Shown: positions 1 through 9,541 of the stretch, one piece after another
Numbering within the stretch: the stretch's first letter is position 1
How the letters are laid out: the number at the start of each line of letters is the position of its first letter
Assembly (NCBI GenBank): GCA_963708355.1
Contig: CAVPSK010000017.1
Span: forward strand, 30,030-94,029
DNA length: 64,000 nt
DNA from: an uncultured Thermoleophilia bacterium
GTDB lineage: Bacteria > Actinomycetota > Thermoleophilia > Gaiellales > Gaiellaceae
Direction: 5' to 3'
Position numbers and translations under genes: made by a program
The notes under the pieces: model-generated
The model's input: only the letters and a program-made list of their open reading frames with translations
What the model was told of the DNA's origin: nothing
The model's database searches: none

Positions 1-16
1 GGCGCCGGCCTCTGGC

Positions 17-616
17 TCAGGGCGTCGGCTGGATCCTGGTCAGAACCGTCTTGCTGCCGTTCTTCGCGAGCTTCCGGACGACGAGCAGCTGGGTGTCGGA
101 GACCACGCCCACGAAGCTACCGGCGGCGTAGCCGCCGCCGCCGTCCGCGACGCCGCAGGTCACGTACGGCTGAGCCGAGACGTTCGCGACGGCGCACAGC
201 ACATGCGTCCCGGTGACCGTCATCGCCGCACCCGGCCGCACCGTCAGGGAGCGGCCGCCGCTCATCTTGCCGGGGTACGCCGCGCCCACGATCGGCGGCT
301 GCGTCCGCCGGGCGACCTCGACAGGCATCGCGATCTTGGACGCCTTGAGCACCTGGAGCGTGTCGTCGGCGACCGCGAACGAGAACGAGCCCGGGCGCAG
401 GCCGGCCGAGTCGCCCTTACCGCAGACGATCGTCGGCGGGCCTCCGACCGCGGAGACCGTGCAGCGCACGGACGACGTGGCGACCGCGACCTCGTCGCCG
501 GCCGCGAGGCGAATGACGCGTGCCGCGCCGCTGTCCGCCGCCGGCTCGCCGACCGCGAGCAGAGACAGGACCGCGACGACGATCGCGGCGAAGCACACAC
601 GCACGCGCCCGCGCAT
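17..616 (-). CDS. secreted hypothetical protein
   Basis: The ATG at 616 gives MRGRVRVCFAAIVVAVLSLLAVGEPAAD, a signal-peptide-like N-terminus. The longer ORF to 733 only reads through the palindromic repeat. No recognised domain. Confidence 0.5.
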   Translation of the reverse strand: MRGRVRVCFAAIVVAVLSLLAVGEPAADSGAARVIRLAAGDEVAVATSSVRCTVSAVGGPPTIVCGKGDSAGLRPGSFSFAVADDTLQVLKASKIAMPVEVARRTQPPIVGAAYPGKMSGGRSLTVRPGAAMTVTGTHVLCAVANVSAQPYVTCGVADGGGGYAAGSFVGVVSDTQLLVVRKLAKNGSKTVLTRIQPTP

Positions 617-706
617 GCAGTCCAGGGTAACGGCCAGATCGCAGCGGTCAATGCCGCAACGTGCAGGGCCGATCAGGGGTTCTCGGCCGCGCCACGCGAA
701 CGAAAC

Positions 707-734
707 GGTGCCAGGCACCGTGGTGCCTGGCACC
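707..734. repeat. 28-nt nested GC-rich palindrome (copy 1), probable bidirectional terminator hairpin
   Basis: GGTGCCAGGCACC-GT-GGTGCCTGGCACC lies between two minus-strand genes. The identical 28-mer recurs at 18524-18551. Confidence 0.7.
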
Positions 735-744
735 GCACTGGGCC

Positions 745-3135
745 TCAGGGGTTCTTAACCGTGATCTCGCGAGGCGGGGCCTGCACCGACACGATCCAGG
801 CCGTCACGCCCTTGACGTTCTGGGTGTCCTTGGCGCGAACAGTCGCCTTCACGCGCATCCGGTGGTAGGTCTTGAGGAGGGTCAGGCCCGTGCTCGTGAC
901 CTTGACCTTCACGGAGGCGGTGCGGTTGACGGTGATCGTGAACTTCCCCGATCCCACCTGGACGGTCTTGAGCGGCGGAGCCTTCGTGGCGCCCTTCTTC
1001 TTCTTGGGCTGCATGCGCACCTCGAGCACGATCGTCCCCTGGCAGCGCTTCACGGCCGGGGTCGGGCAGCGCAGCTTGTAGTGGACGTAGCCCTTCGAGT
1101 CGACGGCGCTCTGCCCGGTCAGCATCTGCACGAGCACGACGTGCTTGGCCGTGCCCTTGGGCTGCGGCGCCGGCACCGGCGTCGGCGTGGTGGTCGGGCC
1201 GCCGCCGCCACTGGCGATGGGCGGTGGAACCGCGGCGACGTCGTCGTTGCGGATCGTCATCGTCGCGGTCGCGTGGCCGAGCGTCGCCCCGCCCGTCGGC
1301 GAGCTGAGCGTGAAGGTGAAGGAGCGGTTCGGCTCGACAACATTATCGTTGGCGATCGGGATCGAGACCGTCTTCGACGCCTGACCGGCCGTGAAGGTGA
1401 GCGTGCCGCTGACCGCCGAGTAGTCGGTGCCGGCCTTGGCGCTGCCATCAGCGGTCGCGTACTTCACCGTGACCGTCCCGGTCGCGGCAGGCGAGAGCGA
1501 GACAGCCGCCTGGATCGACCCGGCCGCCTCGGACGCGGACGCGTCGGAAACAGACAACAGCGGCGGTGCCGCCGGCGGCACGACGGTCACGTTGACGACC
1601 GAGGCGCCGACGAACACGGCCGACGACGAGATGAACTTGATCGTGAACGCCTTCGACGTGGTCGCGTTCCCGTTGGCGGCGTTCACGTTCACCGTGAACG
1701 ACTTCGCGCCGAACGTGCCCTTGTCCCAGTGGAGGGTCCCGCTCGCATCCGAGTAGTCGGCCGGCGACGTCGCCGTGCCCGGCTGCGTCTGCCACTGCAC
1801 GTCGACCGGCTGCGGCGTGGACGGCTGCACGGCCGGCGCGTTGAGCGTGACGTTGACCGTGACCGGGGTCGAGCCCGTGGCGGGCTGCGGCACGGGCGCC
1901 GGGTCGGTGAGCTGGATCGACGGCTGCTTGTCGCTTCCCGCACCTGTCGGCTGGAGGATCGAGCACGTCGCGCTCTCACTCGCCGCGCCGTCGGGGAACT
2001 GTGCGTGCTGCGGCTTCGAGACGGCGAGCTGGAAGGTGCGCGTCGCTCCACCCGGCGGGTTCACGTGCGTGTGGATGGTGATCGAGCCGTCGCGGTTGCC
2101 GTTCCCGGCCGCGATCGTGGCGACGCCGCTGCCCCCGTCGTAGTCACCCGCGACCGTGCTCACGTCCGACGTCTGCCATGTCATCGTCGCCGGGACCAGG
2201 CTCGCGAACGAGTCGCGCAGCGAGAAGACCGCGTCGCCGCCCGCGGCGACCGTCGCGGTACAGCCGGTGAGGCCGACGACCGGCGACGCCGACGACTCGG
2301 TGATGGTGCCCGTCTCGCCGGTCGTGGCGCCCGCTGCGAACGAGGCGCCCTTCGGGTTCTTGATCGTGATGTTGAACTGCTTGTCGAGCCCGTACACACC
2401 GTCGTTCCTGCTCTGGACCTTCACGTGCACGACCCCGGTCCCGGGCGCGAACGTCAGCGTGCCGCTCGCCTTCCCGGCCGGATCGGTGATCGTGTAGTTG
2501 GTCCCGTTGACGGCGCTCGAGAGCCCGGCCGGCGTTCCGTCGTCCACCTCGTAGTCGACGGTGATCTTGTGGTTCGGGGGCGCGTTGACGGCGTTCCCGC
2601 CGCTGTCGACGAGCTTGACCTGGAAGTCGATCACCTGGTTGCCGGCCTCGGTGACCGTCGCGTTGGCGGGCACCGACGCGAGCCCGGCGATGCGCCAGTC
2701 GTCGTCGATCACGCTGCCCTTCCCCTGGGTCGTCGCTCCGAGCGCGACCGTGTCGGTCGTATCGTCGGCGAACACCACCTTCGTGAGGTCGACGGTCATC
2801 GTCTTGTCGTCCTCGGCGGTCGTGTTCCCGGGGATCGGCACCTGGAGCTGTGCCGACGCGCTGCCCTTCGCGATCGTCGCCGTCTGGTCCGAGCCGCCGT
2901 CGACCTTGTAGGTGACGGTGATGTCCGTCCCGGCCGCACCGGGCGCGACCGTCAGCGGGAAGGTCAGCTTGTTCTGGCCGGGGCTGTCACCCTCCGCCTG
3001 CGCCGCCGCGGGGCCGATCGAGACCGTGTAGGCAGTCGGATCGGCGTTGACCTTCTCGACGATCCCGAAGAGGAGGACGCAGGCGACCGCCGCCGCCAGC
3101 ACCGCACGCATCCCGAGTCCCAGCTTTCCCCCCAT
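745..3135 (-). CDS. large secreted Calx-beta repeat protein
   Basis: 796-aa ORF with an N-terminal hydrophobic segment (MRAVLAAAVACVLLFG). It has several repeats with the Calx-beta signature, e.g. VTVKYATADGSAKAGTDYSAVSGTLTFTAGQASKTVSIPIANDNVVEPNRSFTFTL. A Pro/Thr linker precedes a Lys-rich C-terminal domain. Confidence 0.85.
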   Translation of the reverse strand: MGGKLGLGMRAVLAAAVACVLLFGIVEKVNADPTAYTVSIGPAAAQAEGDSPGQNKLTFPLTVAPGAAGTDITVTYKVDGGSDQTATIAKGSASAQLQVPIPGNTTAEDDKTMTVDLTKVVFADDTTDTVALGATTQGKGSVIDDDWRIAGLASVPANATVTEAGNQVIDFQVKLVDSGGNAVNAPPNHKITVDYEVDDGTPAGLSSAVNGTNYTITDPAGKASGTLTFAPGTGVVHVKVQSRNDGVYGLDKQFNITIKNPKGASFAAGATTGETGTITESSASPVVGLTGCTATVAAGGDAVFSLRDSFASLVPATMTWQTSDVSTVAGDYDGGSGVATIAAGNGNRDGSITIHTHVNPPGGATRTFQLAVSKPQHAQFPDGAASESATCSILQPTGAGSDKQPSIQLTDPAPVPQPATGSTPVTVNVTLNAPAVQPSTPQPVDVQWQTQPGTATSPADYSDASGTLHWDKGTFGAKSFTVNVNAANGNATTSKAFTIKFISSSAVFVGASVVNVTVVPPAAPPLLSVSDASASEAAGSIQAAVSLSPAATGTVTVKYATADGSAKAGTDYSAVSGTLTFTAGQASKTVSIPIANDNVVEPNRSFTFTLSSPTGGATLGHATATMTIRNDDVAAVPPPIASGGGGPTTTPTPVPAPQPKGTAKHVVLVQMLTGQSAVDSKGYVHYKLRCPTPAVKRCQGTIVLEVRMQPKKKKGATKAPPLKTVQVGSGKFTITVNRTASVKVKVTSTGLTLLKTYHRMRVKATVRAKDTQNVKGVTAWIVSVQAPPREITVKNP

Positions 3136-3384
3136 CGACCCTCTAACCCCCTGGTTGGATCACCCTCCGGATCACGGATTCAGCCACGCCTCCGTCCCTG
3201 ACCCTGCGTCGGCCCGCCTCCCGCGCATACTGCACCCTTTTCGACTCGACTGCAGGCTAGGTTTGTCCGGCTGAAGGTCCCGCGGCCGTTTTCGTAGAGT
3301 TTCGGATGGCTCGAGCGCACGGTCCCGCAGGTTGTATCCGACCTCGCGGCCTGGTAAGAAGAGGATTGGGAACGGGTTCGGAGG

Positions 3385-4601
3385 GTGCTGGTGAAGGTGG
3401 GAGCTAGGACGAGTCTTGGACGCTCGCGGTCGGTGGCGACGCTGCTCGTGACTTTGTGCACCCTCGGCGCGGCCTTCGCGCTCGCACAACCCGCAGCCGC
3501 CGACGACGCGACGCCCGCCGCGCCCGCCGCGACCGGCGACACCGGCGCGACCGGGACGGCGGCAGCGGCCGACACGGGCTCGGCGACTGCGTCCACCGGC
3601 GACACATCGACGACGACGAGAGACGACGACGACGACAACGACCGCGACGCCGTCCGGCGACACGGCGGCACCGTCCGACCCGACGACGCCCACAGGGACG
3701 TTGTCGACGGGCGATGCCGGGACGACCGCGCCGAGCACGGCGTCGCCCACCGATGGATCCGCGACGCCGCCGGCAGGCGCGACCACCACCCCGACGTCGA
3801 CCGACCCGGCGGCCGGCTCGACGCCGGCGCCGACACCGACACCGACGGCCACCACGGGAACGACACCGGCCGCATCCCCGCCGAGCACGCCGGCCGCCGA
3901 TGCGAGCGCGCCTCCGCCGGCAGCGCCCGCGCCCTCGCCGCCGATCGTCGTCCAGGTCCCGGCTGCGGCGCCCGAGGCGACGACGTCGATCACGCTCACC
4001 GATTTGCCCGATGCGGCTCCGCAGCAGGCGTCGACCCCGGCCGCCTCCTCGGCGCCGCCGACTCCGTCGTCGCCCGTCGCAGCAGCCGCCCCCGCGCCGG
4101 CACTCGTCGTGCACACGCCGGTCGGAGCCGCTGGTCACCAAGCATCGTGCGAAGCCCGCGCCGGTCGCGCACGTCAAGGCGTTCCGGACTGCGCGGACGC
4201 CGCTCGGCCACGCGGCGCTCACCAAGTTGCTCGCGACCCCGACGCTCGCGTCGCGTTCCGCGCCGCTCGCACCGGCGGCGGCGGACTTCGTGCCACAGCA
4301 GGGCGTGAGGCTCGTCTCGCCGAGCGCCGTCCCCGTCGGGCGAAGCGACATGGGCAAGCCGAAGACGCTCGCTCCGCCGCGGGCGCCGAGCTGGCCGCCC
4401 GCGCCGAGCACCCCGTCGAACGACACGCCGGGCTCACTCGGCGGCGCGCTCAACGGCCCCGTCGGCGGCGTCCTCCTCCTCTTCGCGGCCATTGCCGCTG
4501 TGCTCTCGATCATCCCGCCGTGGTTCACCTCTCGCGTGACCATGGCCGTCGCGGCGCCCGTCGAATGGCGCCGCCGCCTCTCGCTCGAACGCCCCGGATA
4601 G
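3385..4601 (+). CDS. secreted Pro/Thr/Ala-rich low-complexity protein with C-terminal TM helix; reading frame broken twice
   Basis: The signal peptide (VKVGARTSLGRSRSVATLLVTLCTLGAAFALAQPAAA) is in frame 1. The T/P-rich body (TTAPSTASPTDGSATPPAGATTTPTSTDP...) is in frame 2 from about 3618. The high-GC3 tail (GVLLLFAAIAAVLSIIPPWF...ERPG stop at 4601) is in frame 3 from about 4125. Confidence 0.55.
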
Positions 4602-4699
4602 TCCGCCGCCACGAGCTTCACGATCCGGGCCGCCGCATGCGGGACGTGCCCGGGTGCTGGTGCGGACAGAACCTGCGGATGTTTGCAAGGAGAGGGGAA

Positions 4700-5386
4700 A
4701 TGAAGGAACAGAAATCGAGACAGGCCGCGGCTCGTGCCGTGGTGATCGATCCGGATCCACTTTGGCAGCAGGCCGTCACGGCGGCGTTGACGCGCTCGAA
4801 CGTCTCGGTGGTCGCCAACTCGGGCGACCTCTGCCGGGCCCCCGAGCTGGCCGACGCGCACGCGGCCGACCTGTTGCTCGTCGGTCTCGAGGAGGAGGTC
4901 GACAACCGCGAGCTGTATCGGCTGCTCCGGCGTGTGCACAAGCGCTGCCCGGACCTGGTGACGGTCGTGTTCGTCGAGCACGAGGACCGGCTGACGGTCG
5001 ACGCCGCGCTCGCCGGCGGCGCCTACTGGGCGGTCGACCGGCGGCTCGGCGCAACCGAGCTGGTGCGGGCGGTCACCGAGGCCTATCGCGCCCAGCTGGA
5101 GGAGACGGGCGCGACCGACTCGGCCGGCGGTGTGCGGGCCAGGCTGACCCGGCGCGAGCTGGAGATCCTCCGGCTGGTCGCCGAGGGCCGTCCGAACCGG
5201 GAGGTGGCGAAGATCCTCTGGGTCACCGACCAGACGATCAAGTTCCACCTCGCCAACACCTACAAGAAGCTCGGCGTGCGGAATCGCATCGAGGCGAGCC
5301 ACTGGGCGATCGCCCGCGGGCTCGTCCGGCCGCTGCCCGCCGTCGACTCCTACGTCGCCGACATCGTCGCGGTGGAGGCCTCGTGA
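4700..5386 (+). CDS. LuxR/NarL-family response regulator with atypical (Asp-less) receiver domain
   Basis: AGGAGAGGGG RBS upstream of the ATG. GerE-type C-terminal HTH: LTRRELEILRLVAEGRPNREVAKILWVTDQTIKFHLANTYKKLGVRNR. The receiver-like N-terminus reads DLLLVGLEEE where the phospho-Asp is expected. Confidence 0.85.
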   Translation: MKEQKSRQAAARAVVIDPDPLWQQAVTAALTRSNVSVVANSGDLCRAPELADAHAADLLLVGLEEEVDNRELYRLLRRVHKRCPDLVTVVFVEHEDRLTVDAALAGGAYWAVDRRLGATELVRAVTEAYRAQLEETGATDSAGGVRARLTRRELEILRLVAEGRPNREVAKILWVTDQTIKFHLANTYKKLGVRNRIEASHWAIARGLVRPLPAVDSYVADIVAVEAS

Positions 5387-5470
5387 CGATGCCCGGCTCC
5401 CTCAGCTTCGGTCGCCGGCGGAGGCTCCACGAGCCCTCCGCCGGCGGCCCGCGCTGAAGGCCGGCTCGAG

Positions 5471-5497
5471 CCGCAAGTAACAGTCTGTTGCTTGCGG
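5471..5497. terminator. hairpin between convergent genes
   Basis: CCGCAAGTAAC-AGTCT-GTTGCTTGCGG (11-bp stem, 1 mismatch) between the regulator stop (5386) and the protease stop (5500). Confidence 0.5.
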
Positions 5498-5499
5498 TG

Positions 5500-6753
5500 C
5501 TAGTTCGGGAACATCGCCGTCGCGTCGAGCGAGAACGGCTTCGCCTTCGCCGTGCGACAGCTGATGGTCACCGGATAGGTACCCGCCTTCACGGTGGCGG
5601 CGAGGCTGCGGATCGAGCGCTCACCCGGCAGGTCGACGTACAGCGTCCCGGCGGCGCGGAAGCTCATCCCGCAGTCGGCGGCGACCGCCCGGCCGATCAG
5701 CTGCAGGTAGAGCGGCCCCGCCGCGAGCTCGAGGCGGATCACCGCCCGCTTGCGGACGACTCCGTCGGTGAGCAGGACCTGTCGCGACGACGTCGGCGCC
5801 GCTGCGGGCGATGCAGTCGTCACCGGCGGAGGCGGCGTGGCCGGCACGAGCCCCAGGTAGTTGGCGGCGGCCCACGCATCGACGCGGCCTCCGCCGATCC
5901 CGTTCACCGGGTGGGCGGTGGCGCGCAACGCGTCGGCGACCTGGTTCGCGGTCAGGCCGGGCGAGATCGAGAGCAGCAGGCCGGCGATCCCCGACACGGC
6001 CGGCGGGCCGAAGGAGGAGCCGCAGCCGTAGGCGGGGCCGGCGTTCGGGTCCATCACCATCTCGCAGCCGGGAGCGGCGAGCTGCACCCACGAGCCGCGG
6101 GTCGACCAGTCGTCGAGCTGGTCGTTCTCGTCGGTGCCGGCCACCGAGAGCACACCCGGATAGGCCCCCGGGTAGAGCGGATCGGTGTTCCCGCCGTTCC
6201 CGGCGGCGGCCACCACGAGCACGCCGTGGTCCTCCGCGTACTCGATCGCGCCGAGCTCGCCGATGTCGAAGCCGTTCGAGGCGAGGCTGACGTTGACGAT
6301 GCGCGCGCCGTGGTCGACCGCCCAGCGGATCCCGGCGCCGATCGTCGTCGCGAGCGCGCCTCCCTGCCGGCCCTGGGCGACCCGAACCGGCATGACCGAG
6401 CACTTCCAGCAGTAGCCGGCGATGCCGATCCCGTTGTCGCCCTGCGCGCCGACGACGCTCGACACCCACGTCCCGTGCCCGTTGTCGTCGCCCGTGGACG
6501 CATCGTTCCCGACGATGTCCCACCCGGGAATCACCTGGGTGAGGTCGGGCATCGGCGTCAACCCCGTGTCGACGACGGCGATCACGATGCCCGGATCGCC
6601 CGTCGTCACCGGCCAGAGGTCGGAGGTCCGGGTCAGCCGCGGCCCCCACTCTCCGGCCCAGGCGGGGTCGTTGGGGTCGGACCGCGAGGCGCCGAAACTG
6701 AGCGCAGGCAGCCCAGCGAGGACCAGCAGGCCTACGAGAACGAGCCGCCGCAC
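5500..6753 (-). CDS. secreted S8 subtilisin-like serine peptidase
   Basis: Signal peptide MRRLVLVGLLVLAGLPALSFG. Asp/His/Ser motifs: VVDTG, HGTWVSS, GSSFGPPAVSG. Confidence 0.9.
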   Translation of the reverse strand: MRRLVLVGLLVLAGLPALSFGASRSDPNDPAWAGEWGPRLTRTSDLWPVTTGDPGIVIAVVDTGLTPMPDLTQVIPGWDIVGNDASTGDDNGHGTWVSSVVGAQGDNGIGIAGYCWKCSVMPVRVAQGRQGGALATTIGAGIRWAVDHGARIVNVSLASNGFDIGELGAIEYAEDHGVLVVAAAGNGGNTDPLYPGAYPGVLSVAGTDENDQLDDWSTRGSWVQLAAPGCEMVMDPNAGPAYGCGSSFGPPAVSGIAGLLLSISPGLTANQVADALRATAHPVNGIGGGRVDAWAAANYLGLVPATPPPPVTTASPAAAPTSSRQVLLTDGVVRKRAVIRLELAAGPLYLQLIGRAVAADCGMSFRAAGTLYVDLPGERSIRSLAATVKAGTYPVTISCRTAKAKPFSLDATAMFPN

Positions 6754-7107
6754 TTGTGCGGCTGAACCTACGACCGTGATCGGCGGTCAAGGGCAGACCA
6801 AAGGCGGGACCGACCGGCCTAAAAGGCGGGACCTTTCGCCGTGGCAGAAATCCCGGAAATTCCTGCGGAGGCCAGGTTTTTCCGCGCGAAAGCCTACCCG
6901 CTATACCCTTGATTCAGAGTCCGGCCCGGTCTAGAACATCAACCGTGCCCGAGGAAGGCGTTCCGGGCCTGGTTACAGGTCGAAAGGGGGGAATTCGTCA
7001 GGCAGGGCCGTTGCAGCGAAGAGCGCTGCGACGGGAACGAAAGCGGTAAGCGCAACACAACGCAGTTGGGTTGTAACTCCTAGGGATTGAAGAGAGAGGG
7101 GGAAGGG

Positions 7108-8214
7108 ATGCGTCTACGCATCAGCTTGGGGCTTGTCGGCTTCGTTGCAGCGCTCGGCGTGCTCATCTTTGGTGTGGGCACCGCCGCTGCAGGCAACGAG
7201 AAGCCGAGTGGCCAGCCGGACCCGCAGACCACGAACATTCCGTATCTCGCGTGGGCCGGTGAGGAAGTCAAGGTCGTCAAGTGCATCGGCGGCCCCGACG
7301 GTGTCGATACCTCGGCCGTTTCGTCGGCTGGGAACATCGCAGCCTTGCTCGCGGGCAAGTTCCGCGTCGAGGACTGGTCGGGAGTCGACGAAGTGCACTC
7401 CGGCCCGGTCTTCTTGAACGATCAGGACGGCTCGGTCGTCGGCACGTACGAGCAGGGACGGCTCTGCTTCTCGGTGCACGTCACCTCGCAGAAGCCGGGC
7501 ATGGCGGTCATCAAGCTCGCCGTCAGCCCGAACCTGCTCACGCTCGTTCCGGGTCTCGACCCGATCCTCAAGCACCAGTTCCTCGTGATCTGGATGCAGG
7601 ACCAGGCTCCGGTCATCAACGAGGCCGCTGGCGCGAACCTCGGCGATCCGACCGGCAACGGGATCTTCAACCCGATCCCGGGCGCGAACGGCAACACGTT
7701 CGGCTACGGCCTGATCCACATTCTCGTCAAGGGCACGTTCCCGCTCGGCAACGACTTCGCGGGGATTGCGCCGAACAACACGGTCACCCTGCCTGGCGAC
7801 TGGGCATGGCTCGCGCAGCACTTCGCTGTCGACGACTCGCTCACGGGCAGCAACTTCCCGGGTGCCGCGGCTTCGCGGTGGGACATCCACGACGACATGA
7901 CGAACTCGGAAGGCCATGTCGCGACGAGCTTCTGCGTGGACAACCCCGCAGCGGCTGAGTCCGTGGACAACTGCCTGGGCACGCCGTCCGGCGGTGACCC
8001 TGACCTCGGACCGTTCTCGAACATCTACGGCGGCGTCTACAACGCCCTCGGCCCGTTCGATCCGATCCGCGGTTTCCAGACGCTCCTGTCTGACGGCAAG
8101 CTGGATGCAGGCGATGCTCCGATGCCGGCGCTCCGCGTCGACGTCTCGATCGGCGCCGGTTCCACCGTCGGCACGCTCGACAAGGCCGACAAGTCGCTGG
8201 ATCTACAGCCGTGA
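7108..8214 (+). CDS. large secreted hypothetical protein, N-terminal segment
   Basis: The ATG at 7108 follows GAGAGGGGGAAGGG. Signal peptide MRLRISLGLVGFVAALGVLIFGVGTAAAG. The frame ends at TGA 8212-8214, but the sequence continues in another frame (next feature). Confidence 0.7.
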   Translation: MRLRISLGLVGFVAALGVLIFGVGTAAAGNEKPSGQPDPQTTNIPYLAWAGEEVKVVKCIGGPDGVDTSAVSSAGNIAALLAGKFRVEDWSGVDEVHSGPVFLNDQDGSVVGTYEQGRLCFSVHVTSQKPGMAVIKLAVSPNLLTLVPGLDPILKHQFLVIWMQDQAPVINEAAGANLGDPTGNGIFNPIPGANGNTFGYGLIHILVKGTFPLGNDFAGIAPNNTVTLPGDWAWLAQHFAVDDSLTGSNFPGAAASRWDIHDDMTNSEGHVATSFCVDNPAAAESVDNCLGTPSGGDPDLGPFSNIYGGVYNALGPFDPIRGFQTLLSDGKLDAGDAPMPALRVDVSIGAGSTVGTLDKADKSLDLQP

Positions 8215-8221
8215 CGGCTAG

Positions 8222-9503
8222 GGCAGCGGCAAGGCGCACAACCTGTATGCACCGTTCTACAGGGCACTCATCCCGGCCGCGTTGCCGAACGACCGGCCCG
8301 ACACCTCCGGCGTCGCCGGAGCGATCTCGAACAACTTCACCGGCTTCCTCGGGTTCACGGGCGACCCCGTGTACACGACGGAGCAGGAGGCAGGCATTTA
8401 CGACTACTGGGATACGTTCACCACGAGCTACTCCCGTGGCTACAACGACTGCTTCGACGTCCTCGGTAACCCGATCCCGCTGCCCACGGGCAAGACGGGC
8501 GTCGCGGTCTACACGGACGAGCACGGTGAGGCATACGTCAAGTACATCCCGGATCACGGCCTCGTACTGACGCCGGACTCCAACGGCCGCTGTGACATCT
8601 ATGGCCCGGCTCCTATCGGCCATGCGACGATCAGCGCGGTCTCGGTCTATCCGGACCAGCCGGTTCTCTGGGATCAGAGCAGCAAGACCTCGAACGTGCT
8701 CACCAAGACGACGAACTTCGCGTCGAGCAAGGTCCTGAACTGCATCCCGAAGAGCAAGAACGAGGCGTTCTGCGTCGAGACGGTCAAGGACCTGTGGGGC
8801 AACCCGGTTGCGGGTGCCAAGGTCCAGTTCAGCGCGCAGTCGTTCCAGGGCTCCGCTCCTGTGATCGGCGCTGACGCTGCCAAGGTGCCGCCGTACGACA
8901 CCACCGGTCAGACCGACTGGGGTACGGTCAGCCTCGACTTCGTGAACGTCCGCACGGGCGCGCAACGGTCAGGCCGGCATCTTCGTGCGCAGCACGACCG
9001 GCAGCTGCATCGACGTCGTGTCGGAGAACGTCGGCACCCGCAACGGTGGCGACGGCATCTTCCGCTCCGTCGACTTCAACCCGACGACTGGTGCCGCTTG
9101 CGGGACCACCACTCCGCCTCCGACCGGTGCTCCGGGCGGTGGGTCGACCGGCTCGACCGGCGGCTCGTCCGGCTCCTCCGGTGCGACGGCGCCTGTGACG
9201 GTCGCTGCTCCGGTTGCCGTGTCGTCGCCGATTCCGCAGGCTGCTACGGCTCCGGCCGCGGCGGCGAAGACGATGACCCTCGCTTCGGCTCGGGTCGTCA
9301 AGATCGGCAAGAACCGTGTCCTGCTGGTTCGCGTGAACGGCGCGGCGAAGATCGCCAAGCTGCACATCACGATGATCGGCAAGGTGCACGGCAAGGTGAC
9401 GCGCGCCAGCGTCACCCGGACTGTCGCGACCAACAAGCAGGTTCGCGTTCCGAACCTGAAGCTGGCTCCGTCGGTCCGCTCGGTGAAGGTGGGGCTCGTC
9501 TAG
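8222..9503 (+). CDS. continuation of the 7108 secreted protein (two further frame segments)
   Basis: Frame 2 reads GSGKAHNLYAPFYRALIPAALPNDRPDTSGVAG... with no signal peptide of its own. It shifts to frame 3 near 8960 (NGQAGIFVRSTTGSCIDVVSENVGTRNGGDGIFRSVDF...). A Gly/Ser/Pro linker and a Lys/Val-rich C-terminal domain end at 9503. Confidence 0.6.
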
Positions 9504-9541
9504 CGAGCAACCTCGACACCGAGGACACGACTGAATGAAAC

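Noticed and set aside
617-733. N-terminal extensions MPGTTVPGT... on ORFs 17-733 (-) and 17849-18550 (-).
   Set aside because: Both come from translating the same 28-nt palindromic repeat. The real gene at 17-616 starts at the signal peptide. ORF 17849-18550 is antisense to hisA.
661-3201. Very long alternative-frame or antisense ORFs. Examples: 661-3201 (+), 3404-5302 (-), 13284-15890 (+), 21918-24032 (+), 39109-41079 (+), 60997-62880 (-), 24786-25961 (-).
   Set aside because: Their translations are Arg/Gly/Ala/Pro/Asp-rich with no motifs. They lie opposite to, or out of frame with, ORFs that have clear family signatures and high third-position GC. They are the usual shadow ORFs of a ~70% GC genome.
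6790-6850. Possible c-di-GMP-I (GEMM) riboswitch: GGGCAGACC...GGGAC...CCGGCCTAAA resembles parts of the consensus.
   Set aside because: The conserved ACGCAAAGCC segment and a convincing P1/P2 pairing with tetraloop-receptor are absent. It lies about 280 nt from the start codon. Only a covariance-model scan could rescue it.
745-9503. Possible shared C-terminal sorting domain (Lys/Val/Thr-rich, about 90 aa, after a Pro/Thr/Gly linker) in the Calx-beta protein and the 7108-9503 protein.
   Set aside because: The compositions are similar, but I could not align them convincingly by eye. This needs a profile-profile comparison before any claim.
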